A stretch of 24,000 nucleotides of DNA, from the NCBI GenBank assembly GCA_017554745.1, contig JAFZHS010000013.1:206964-230963 (forward strand), given 5' to 3'. Origin of the DNA: Clostridiales bacterium (GTDB taxonomy: Bacteria; Bacillota; Clostridia; Saccharofermentanales; Saccharofermentanaceae). Shown here piece after piece: positions 6,583-14,319 of the stretch (position 1 is the first letter of the stretch; every line of letters begins with the position of its first letter). The translations under genes and the position numbers were made by a program. Under the pieces are notes generated by a model. It was given only the letters and a program-made list of their open reading frames with translations. It was not told the origin of the DNA and ran no database searches.

Positions 6583-8112
6583 ATGGAGACTAACAACATA
6601 GCCAAGTTTCAGAAGATCGTAGCAGGTCTTGCACCCGAAAAGCGAAGAGAACTTGCTCTGCGCATGAAGGGTATGTCCGAGAAAGAACGCATGGCTGTTG
6701 TTGACCGTATGGTCGAGCTCTCCGAGCAGCGCAAGATAGAGATCACCGCAAGACCTAAGGTCCTCGCAACGAGCGGCCGTGTAGCTGATGCTCCGCGAAG
6801 AAATGATTATGTGATCGAGCAGCCCCGCATCTGGACCGAAAGAGATTATCCTGATGACAATAAGATCGAGATCGTCAAAAACCCGGTAAAAAGAAATACA
6901 ACCCCCGTCAAAGCTTCGAGGCCCCAGCAGCGTCCCATAAAGAAAGTTGAGCCTGTTGCGGCAAGAGAAGGACGAGAGCAGATATTAAGACAGATCGAGC
7001 AGAAGAAGATAGAGGCTGAACAGGCAGAACTCCGCAGGCAGAAGAACAAGACTGTTGCCAAGAAGGCAGTAAAATTTTTCTTCGTAAGCCTCGGCAGGAT
7101 GCTTGCGCTTGTTGTCTGCACTTTGGCGATCGTTATCGCAGGCCTGTATACATTCCTCGGCATCATCATGAAGGGACCTTCTCCTCACTTGAGAGACCAG
7201 TTCGTTCCTTCCGTTATGGAGTCTTCAGCAGGCGGAATCCTCGCTAAGTGGATCCTTACTGACGAAGAGATCGAAGAGATCATGAACAGCAACAAGACTG
7301 TTGCCATCACTGATATCACCGATACTACTCTGGTTAACGCTATGGCCGCAGAGCAGAACAACAGAAAGGCTAATGCCGCAGCGGTCAACGATCTTGATCC
7401 TGACGGAGACGGTATCGAAGTCCACGATATCAGCGGTCCGATGTATCACGGAAAGATGCTAGTTATTTACGATCCTTCCAGAATCGTTGTAGGAACGATC
7501 GATAATTACAATCACAGCGGCGCGGGACTTACGCTCAAGGAACTGATCGATAAGTACGACGGTGTCGGAGGTATCAACGGCGGACAGTACGAAGATAAGA
7601 ACGGCATGGGTATCGGCGGATGGCCTGAAGGCATCGTAATCTCGGGCGGCGAGCTCAGGATGGGCGCGAAGAATTGCGATTACGAAGTCTACGGACTTAC
7701 GAACGATAACGTTCTCGTAGTCGGTACTATGACCGCACAGGAAGCAATGGATATGGGCGTCAGAGATGCTGTCTCATTCGGACCTGCCCTCATCGTAAAC
7801 GGTGTCGCTGCAAACTACAAAGGCTGCGGCGGAGGACTCAATCCGAGAACCGCAATAGGACAGAGAGCTGACGGAGCTATCCTGCTCCTCGTTATCGAAG
7901 GCAGAAAGACATCTTCAATGGGCGCCACGATGGCAGACCTTATCGACATAATGTTGGAATACGGTGCTGTTAACGCTGCAAACCTTGACGGAGGAATGTC
8001 CTCTGCAATGTGGCTCGGCGATGAAGAACTCGTATCAAGCTCATCGATAAGAGTTGCGCGTCAGATGCCTACTGCATTTGTAATCCTGCCCCAGAAGACT
8101 GACGAACAATAA
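6583..8112 (+). CDS. Membrane-anchored phosphodiester glycosidase family protein (NAGPA/DUF2233-like C-terminal domain)
   Basis: 509 aa. Charged N-terminal region, then a TM helix (FFFVSLGRMLALVVCTLAIVIAGLYTFLGII). The C-terminal half carries FGPALIVNG, NPRTAIGQRADG..LLLVIEGR and NLDGGMSS, typical of the phosphodiester glycosidase domain. Confidence 0.7.
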   Translation: METNNIAKFQKIVAGLAPEKRRELALRMKGMSEKERMAVVDRMVELSEQRKIEITARPKVLATSGRVADAPRRNDYVIEQPRIWTERDYPDDNKIEIVKNPVKRNTTPVKASRPQQRPIKKVEPVAAREGREQILRQIEQKKIEAEQAELRRQKNKTVAKKAVKFFFVSLGRMLALVVCTLAIVIAGLYTFLGIIMKGPSPHLRDQFVPSVMESSAGGILAKWILTDEEIEEIMNSNKTVAITDITDTTLVNAMAAEQNNRKANAAAVNDLDPDGDGIEVHDISGPMYHGKMLVIYDPSRIVVGTIDNYNHSGAGLTLKELIDKYDGVGGINGGQYEDKNGMGIGGWPEGIVISGGELRMGAKNCDYEVYGLTNDNVLVVGTMTAQEAMDMGVRDAVSFGPALIVNGVAANYKGCGGGLNPRTAIGQRADGAILLLVIEGRKTSSMGATMADLIDIMLEYGAVNAANLDGGMSSAMWLGDEELVSSSSIRVARQMPTAFVILPQKTDEQ

Positions 8113-8121
8113 AGGTGTCAG

Positions 8122-9267
8122 ATGAAATCTTCAGGCAGAAAATCCGAAAAGAATAACTCCAAGAAAGACGGGAAGAAGAAAGTAAATCTCTTCCTCGTTT
8201 TTCTGATTGCATGGCTTGTTATCGTAACGGGATTGATTGCGTGGTTCCTCTTAAGATTCAATGATTTCGCGGGGAAATACGAAGAGCAGTATCAGGCATC
8301 GCTGCCTTATCACACTGCCCAGCAGGTCACGCAGCATTTTAACGACGGTGATGTCGATTATATCCTCAATAACATGACCGAAAAGCCTGTCTTTACCTGC
8401 TTTGAAGATGAGACTGTTGTCAGGAAGTACGTTACCGAACTTATCAGCGGAAAGAGCTTTATCTATTCGGAGACCGAGAATTTCAGGGAAGACGCGCCTG
8501 AATACTACGTCAAGACTGATGACGGACTTGTCGTAGCCAAGTTCAATCTAGCAGAAGACAAGACGGCTAATCTGCCTTACGGCTTTAAGGCATGGCAGGA
8601 GAATACTCTTGAGTTTTATACGGCGGCTGCGTACAGCTTTGATGTTTCGGCTCCCGAGACATACAAAGTATACGTTAACGGCATTGAGCTGAGCGAAGCT
8701 AATTCCACATGTGATCTGACCGAGTCAGAGCTTAACCTGTATGTCGATCCTTATGCGTCCATTCCTGGAACAGTGAGATATACCGGCGAAGGTCTTTATG
8801 TTAAGCCTGTGGTTACGGCTGTGGATTTCCGCGGTAACGCATGCGAATGTACTTATGACGAGAATACAGACACATATTCGGTCGGTTTCATCAAAGAATT
8901 CGATGAATATGACGAGCTTTCTGAACTGGCTATTTCATTTGCATCCACATTCGCAAACTACATTTCCCAGGATGCGGGAGATTATGCGCTGGATAAGTAT
9001 TTCCCTAAGGGAAGCCAGGCATTGAGCTACATCAAGAGAAATTCCGCAAGACAGTACTTTACGAGCCACGGAAGCGTATCGATTCATAATGAAGAAGTGC
9101 GTGACTGCATAGTTTTCTCTGATAATGTCGTATACATGGAAGCCTATGTAGAACAGTACATGCAGATGTACTGGGGCTCAGATGAGCCTGAAGTGCTTCC
9201 TACCGACGTTCATCTGTATTTCGTAAAGATCGACGGCAAGTGGCTCATCGGCGGGATCCAGTACTGA
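8122..9267 (+). CDS. Hypothetical N-terminally membrane-anchored protein (likely co-transcribed with the 6583-8112 gene)
   Basis: 381-aa ORF starting 9 nt after the upstream stop, with AAGGTG upstream. Lysine-rich N-terminus, then the TM helix LFLVFLIAWLVIVTGLIAWFLL. No family recognised. Confidence 0.6.
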   Translation: MKSSGRKSEKNNSKKDGKKKVNLFLVFLIAWLVIVTGLIAWFLLRFNDFAGKYEEQYQASLPYHTAQQVTQHFNDGDVDYILNNMTEKPVFTCFEDETVVRKYVTELISGKSFIYSETENFREDAPEYYVKTDDGLVVAKFNLAEDKTANLPYGFKAWQENTLEFYTAAAYSFDVSAPETYKVYVNGIELSEANSTCDLTESELNLYVDPYASIPGTVRYTGEGLYVKPVVTAVDFRGNACECTYDENTDTYSVGFIKEFDEYDELSELAISFASTFANYISQDAGDYALDKYFPKGSQALSYIKRNSARQYFTSHGSVSIHNEEVRDCIVFSDNVVYMEAYVEQYMQMYWGSDEPEVLPTDVHLYFVKIDGKWLIGGIQY

Positions 9268-9418
9268 TCCTGCAGCCTCTGCCGCACGCAGATATTTCCG
9301 CATTTTTACCACAGAAATACTTCGTTTTTGTAACGCTCCTGAAACTTTGTCCTTTATTTAAAATGATAGAATTAGCGTAGATTATTGTGGACAAAGTCTC
9401 TTAAAGGGGGTACGAGTC

Positions 9419-12400
9419 TTGGAATTTACATATTCGAATGACGGCTTTCTGCCGTACGATTCTTTTGATTATATCTTCAACGAACGCGAGATGCCGGAGT
9501 TCGGCAAGGTAGCATCACCTTACCTGAAGCCTCTTACGACATGGAGATTCTTTCTTGCCAACGGGCAGTCTGAAGTGCCGTTCGGCGTAATGAACAATTC
9601 TTTCGACGATTCCGACTGGCCGCTCGTTAACTGCCCTTCAACATGGCAGACAGAGGGCTTCGGACTGCCGCAGAACCTTATCTACGATTATCCCGTAAGA
9701 CTTGCAGAGAACGCAGCCCGCAAAGAAGAGACCATCAGCGACAAGTATGTCTTAAAGTCTGTCGGCAATGAGGACGATGAAGTCGGTATCTACAGAACGA
9801 CTGTCGTATTTACACCTGCCGAGATCGAGAGAGCACTTTATCTTGAAGCATCCGGCATATGCGGAAGCTTTAAGGTCTTTGTCAACAACCAGCTGGTATG
9901 CAATTCGCATTCTTTATTCACGAGAAAGCGCCTTCTTATCTCAGATATGGTCCAGGCAGGCGTCAACCACATCACGATCATCGTAAACCGCTACGACAGG
10001 GACGATGACGGCCACATCATTCTTGACATGATGAACTTCGGCTTTGCCGGATTGTTCAGACCGATAATGATCGTTGAAGATTCACTTCTCGAATTATCGA
10101 ATCTTCACATCAAGCTCGAATATGTTCCTTCGGCTTATATCTCCGAAGTCGCGAAAATGGATGCCCTCGCAGTAAGAGAGACTGTATCGCGCGTTCCGCA
10201 CGGCGACTTCATGATCAAAGTCGATTTTGCGATGCGCAATCACACAAATTACATGATCCCTTATTCGGTCCGCATCTCGCTCCTTGAGGCGCGCGCCGAG
10301 TACGATCCGTATAAACTCCCGTTCGTCAACATCAAGGGCCAGAGCGAGCCTGTAGTTGGCGTTGTAGACGCTCTCAAGGAGACACGTGCGAGCACGGACT
10401 TTGTAGCACTGGATGTTGCACAGTGGTCTGACTGCACACCGGTACAGTACGACATCGTTTTCGAGGTAATGGACTCGGAAGGTAAAGTCATCTGCGCGAA
10501 GAAAAAGAGATTCGGCTTCAGGACCACGGAGATCGTCCAGGACAAGCTCAATGTCAATGACCGCCGCGTTAACCTGATGCTCGTTAAGTACTATGAATTT
10601 GATCCGCAGGGCGGTATCGCCGTTCCCCAGGACCGTATGCGTCAGGATATCATCCTCATGAAGAGAGCAGGCATCAACGGCGTTATCGCTGACGGCATGC
10701 CGCTGTCGGATGAGTTCTTAAATCTCTGCGACCAGTACGGTATGTATGTTATCGCGACGGCCGCAGATTTCTACATGAGAGATTATGTTGAGGCCTGCAT
10801 GAATCACCCTTCAGTCGTTATGTGGGGTATCCAGACTTATAACTTCAATTCCGAGACGGCCCAGAGAGTCAAGCATGAGTGTATGCTCATAGATGATACA
10901 AGGCCCTGGTACTGCGAAGTAAATAAGCTCGTTACTGCTTCAGGCAAGAAGGCTAAGCCTCTCGGAAAGATCTCTGATATGAGACCTCTGCCGAGTGATG
11001 CAGGCGCCGTATTCGGCCCCTGGGAAGATCTCTGCCTCGACAGAAAGAAGATCTTCGATCTCAACAGGATCGGAAGAAATCTTTTCGAGACGATCCCCGG
11101 AAGAACAAGATTTACCGATGATGACGCGCCTTACAAGTGGATCCATCACGCTGACCTCGTAGGCGGCAAGCAGAAAGAGAACTCCTGTATCGGCCAGGGT
11201 ATAGTTGACGCTGAGCGCAACCCGCATCCGATCTATCTCGATATCAAGAAGCAGTGCCAGACGATCGCGATCTTCGCGTCTGTAGGCGATCCTGCAAATC
11301 TTACGATGCGCAACTCCAACCAGTTCGGCTATACCGAAGAATTAGACCTCGAGTGGAAGATCCTTTTGGGCGGCAGAACGATAATGTCGGGAAGAGGAGT
11401 TATCCCTGAGATCGAGCCTTTCGGCTCAAGGACTCTGAAGTTCCCGTTCTCGACGGATATCTTTACTACACCCGGCTGGGCGCAGGGCAAGGCCGAGTTC
11501 ATCGAGATGTATATGAATGCTCTTTCAAAAGAGCTCGTATTCGATATCACCTTAAAGCTCCACAAGGATACATACTATGCGAAGGCAGGCTATGAGGTTG
11601 CCTTCTACCAGGATGTCCTTACTGATAACATCGCGAGCCCGGTAGGCGAAGTCACAACGCAGTCTACGGGTTTAGGAAGCGGAGAAAGACCCGTCGCAAA
11701 TGCCGCAAGGCAGCTCGGCTCCGGCATGAATACCGGTGTGGACAGCGATCTCGCACTGCCCGGAATGAATGAGGACCAGGCGCTTCTTACTGAAGAAGAC
11801 GGCGGAAGAGTCGAGCGTATGACGAATAACGACCGCCCCGCTAATGTACCTGAAGTATATGTTGACGGAACCGCTCCTGTAGAAGAAGAGATCGGATCGG
11901 TCATCACGCGTAATATGGTATCGACAGTGCCTCACGGATTGTATGTCGGCAAGGGCAACTTAAGGATCGGATTCTCGAGAGAACCCGGAAGTCTTGAGAG
12001 CCTTGAGATCGCCGGCTATAACTTCCTCAAGGGACCTCTCGCACCGAGCTTCTACCGTTGTCCTTCAAACATCGACAGAACAGACAGGAGCTTCATCCTC
12101 GCAAGGACCGTCTTCTCAAAGGAGAGCGATTACGAGCAGATCCAGAACTCGATAAAGTTCATCGGCTCAGAGTACGGCTGCAGAGACGGCGAGTTCACCA
12201 TGATCTCCAGATATAAGTCGTTTGCGATGCACGGAGAGGTAATCGTTTTCTATGAAGTGCCTAAGGCAGACACATTGAGAGTTACGCTTGAGTTCAAGCC
12301 TAAGTATGACATGGTAAGATACGGAATCAGATTCCCGATCGTAAAAGATGACTGTGTATGCTCATGGTACGGCAGAGGCCCCGGTGAATCCTACGTTGAC

Positions 12401-12796
12401 CGTAAGAATGCCGCAAGACTCGGTGTATATTCAGCAGGCGCGGGAAAGATCTATCACCCTTACGCAAGGCCTGCGGAGAACTCTTCACATACGGATACCC
12501 AGATCGTCAAGATCACGAACGGTGACGGTGATGCAGTCGAGATCAGAAGGATCGGTCGTAATCCGAAGTTTGACTTCACGGTGCTTCCTTACACACCTGA
12601 ACAGATGAATGAGTTCCTCCACGAAGAGCAGCTAATGAATAACGATTTCTGCGAATTCTTCTGCGACTTTGCTGCGAAAGAGATCGAGAGAACAAGGGAT
12701 AATCTCACGACACAGCCTGTCAGAAAAGACGTTAAGTACCGTGAGACTTTCGAGCTGCGTCTTGTTCCGAGACAGGGCCTTATCGAAGAGACCTGA
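9419..12796 (+). CDS. Glycoside hydrolase family 2 (LacZ-like beta-galactosidase) homologue, with apparently substituted catalytic motifs and an inserted low-complexity linker
   Basis: 1125 aa. TTG start with AAAGGGGG at 9403-9410. LacZ-like landmarks: STWQTEGFG, NHPSVVMWG, GIVDAERNPHP (compare NGLVFADRTPHP), and the C-terminal small-chain-type domain (APSFYRCPSNIDR, WYGRGPGESYVDRK, ARPAENSSHTD). See findings for the missing catalytic motifs. Confidence 0.8.
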   Translation: MEFTYSNDGFLPYDSFDYIFNEREMPEFGKVASPYLKPLTTWRFFLANGQSEVPFGVMNNSFDDSDWPLVNCPSTWQTEGFGLPQNLIYDYPVRLAENAARKEETISDKYVLKSVGNEDDEVGIYRTTVVFTPAEIERALYLEASGICGSFKVFVNNQLVCNSHSLFTRKRLLISDMVQAGVNHITIIVNRYDRDDDGHIILDMMNFGFAGLFRPIMIVEDSLLELSNLHIKLEYVPSAYISEVAKMDALAVRETVSRVPHGDFMIKVDFAMRNHTNYMIPYSVRISLLEARAEYDPYKLPFVNIKGQSEPVVGVVDALKETRASTDFVALDVAQWSDCTPVQYDIVFEVMDSEGKVICAKKKRFGFRTTEIVQDKLNVNDRRVNLMLVKYYEFDPQGGIAVPQDRMRQDIILMKRAGINGVIADGMPLSDEFLNLCDQYGMYVIATAADFYMRDYVEACMNHPSVVMWGIQTYNFNSETAQRVKHECMLIDDTRPWYCEVNKLVTASGKKAKPLGKISDMRPLPSDAGAVFGPWEDLCLDRKKIFDLNRIGRNLFETIPGRTRFTDDDAPYKWIHHADLVGGKQKENSCIGQGIVDAERNPHPIYLDIKKQCQTIAIFASVGDPANLTMRNSNQFGYTEELDLEWKILLGGRTIMSGRGVIPEIEPFGSRTLKFPFSTDIFTTPGWAQGKAEFIEMYMNALSKELVFDITLKLHKDTYYAKAGYEVAFYQDVLTDNIASPVGEVTTQSTGLGSGERPVANAARQLGSGMNTGVDSDLALPGMNEDQALLTEEDGGRVERMTNNDRPANVPEVYVDGTAPVEEEIGSVITRNMVSTVPHGLYVGKGNLRIGFSREPGSLESLEIAGYNFLKGPLAPSFYRCPSNIDRTDRSFILARTVFSKESDYEQIQNSIKFIGSEYGCRDGEFTMISRYKSFAMHGEVIVFYEVPKADTLRVTLEFKPKYDMVRYGIRFPIVKDDCVCSWYGRGPGESYVDRKNAARLGVYSAGAGKIYHPYARPAENSSHTDTQIVKITNGDGDAVEIRRIGRNPKFDFTVLPYTPEQMNEFLHEEQLMNNDFCEFFCDFAAKEIERTRDNLTTQPVRKDVKYRETFELRLVPRQGLIEET

Positions 12797-12818
12797 TTTG
12801 CGCTGACGAGGTGGAATT

Positions 12819-13433
12819 ATGAATCAGAAAGAAAGAATGCTAAATAACCTTCCGTACAGATCCTGGCTTGACGGCCTTAGTGAGGAACGGATGGCTTGCA
12901 AGAAAAAGCTTTACGAGTATAACAATATGCCGCCGGATAAGTTTGAAGAGAGAAACGCAATTCTCCGCGAAATCTTAGGTAAGACACCTGACGGATGGAT
13001 GTGCATCGAATCACCCTTCCACTGCGATTACGGCTATAACATCGAGATAGGCAAGGACTTTTTCGCGAACTATAACTTCATAGTGCTTGACGTAGGCAAG
13101 GTCAAGATCGGCGACGAGTTTATGTGCGGCCCAAACGTTCAGATCTGCACGGCGGGCCATCCTCTGCATCCGGAGTCACGCAATTCAGGATATGAATACG
13201 GCATCGATATCACGATCGGCGACAACGTTTGGATCGGCGGCAACGTGCTTGTCTGTCCGGGAGTTACGATCGGCAATAATGTCGTTATCGGCGGAGGCAG
13301 CGTGGTTACGAAGGATATTCCCGATAACATGCTTGCTTACGGCAATCCCTGCCGCCCTGTAAGAGAGATCACTGAAGCAGACAGGGATTTCTACTTTAAG
13401 GACAGGAAGTTCGACGTCGACGACTATAAGTGA
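12819..13433 (+). CDS. Sugar (maltose/galactoside-type) O-acetyltransferase, left-handed beta-helix hexapeptide family
   Basis: 204 aa. Maa/LacA-like N-terminus (KERMLNNLPYRSW...) and hexapeptide repeats (IGDNVWIGGNVLVCPGVTIGNNVVIGGGSVV). GAGGTGG lies upstream of the ATG. Confidence 0.9.
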   Translation: MNQKERMLNNLPYRSWLDGLSEERMACKKKLYEYNNMPPDKFEERNAILREILGKTPDGWMCIESPFHCDYGYNIEIGKDFFANYNFIVLDVGKVKIGDEFMCGPNVQICTAGHPLHPESRNSGYEYGIDITIGDNVWIGGNVLVCPGVTIGNNVVIGGGSVVTKDIPDNMLAYGNPCRPVREITEADRDFYFKDRKFDVDDYK

Positions 13434-13481
13434 TAAGTTTTCTTATCACAATCACGTCAATAGTTTAATAAATCACACATT

Positions 13482-13543
13482 CCCTTGATTTGACCTTTCG
13501 CGAGTGTTAGCATTGTCGCGAAAATAATAATCAAGGGTTTTTG
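13482..13543 (+). terminator. Nested hairpin followed by a T-run: candidate terminator/attenuator overlapping the SD of the PHP gene
   Basis: Outer stem cccttgatt (13482-13490) with aatcaaggg (13529-13537). Inner stem tttcgcga (13496-13503) with tcgcgaaa (13516-13523). There is a 5x5 internal loop and a 12-nt apical loop, followed by TTTTT at 13538-13542. The 3' outer arm contains the AAGGG that serves as the SD for the ATG at 13547. Confidence 0.45.
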
Positions 13544-13546
13544 TTA

Positions 13547-14317
13547 ATGGGCTTTTTGTACGAGACACATCTTCATACCTGCCAGGCAAGTGCCTGCGGC
13601 AAAGTTAACGGCGAAGATTATATTCCCTACATGATGGAGAAGGGCTTTAGCGGCCTTATCGTTACAGACCATTTCTTTAACGGCAACACATGCGTTCCTG
13701 CTGACCTTCCGTGGAAGGAAAGGGTAGAGATGTATTGCTCCGGTTATGAGCGCGCCTTAAAGGCAGCAGAAGGCAAAGATTTCACTGTCATGTTCGGCGT
13801 GGAAGTCAATTTCTTCAAGGATGAATACCTTCTTTATGGTATTGATAAGCAGTGGCTTTTGGATAATGAGTGCATCATGGACATGACAAGGATCGAACTT
13901 CATGAAGCGGTCAATAAAGCCGGCGGCATCATGATACAGGCTCATCCTTACAGGGAAAGAGATTATCTTTCTGACATCAAGCTTGCTCCTAAAGCCGCAA
14001 TAGACGGTGTTGAGATCTATAACGCTGCAAACAAGCCCAACATGAATGCGTTAGGCTATGAGTTTGCATTGCCTCTGGGTCTTCCTATGACAGCGGGATC
14101 CGATATCCATTTTTACAACGATAACGATATGGGCGGAATGCTTTTCGACAAGAAGGTAAATTCGATAGAAGAATTCGTTTCTGCCGTGCGCGCCAATGAA
14201 GGCACACCGGTAAGGCTCAGCCCTGACGGAAAGATTACTCCTGTTGTAGAGATTAGGGAGCAGACAGTGCCCCAAGGTCTTCCTACGCTCCCTGTGCTTT
14301 ATCCTGAAGGAAAGTAA
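13547..14317 (+). CDS. PHP-domain metal-dependent phosphoesterase
   Basis: Contains YETHLHT (HxH), VTDH, QAHPYR and GSDIH, in the order expected for the PHP fold. The ATG at 13547 (AAGGG 9 nt upstream) is preferred over the track TTG at 13541. Confidence 0.75.
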   Translation: MGFLYETHLHTCQASACGKVNGEDYIPYMMEKGFSGLIVTDHFFNGNTCVPADLPWKERVEMYCSGYERALKAAEGKDFTVMFGVEVNFFKDEYLLYGIDKQWLLDNECIMDMTRIELHEAVNKAGGIMIQAHPYRERDYLSDIKLAPKAAIDGVEIYNAANKPNMNALGYEFALPLGLPMTAGSDIHFYNDNDMGGMLFDKKVNSIEEFVSAVRANEGTPVRLSPDGKITPVVEIREQTVPQGLPTLPVLYPEGK

Positions 14318-14319
14318 GA

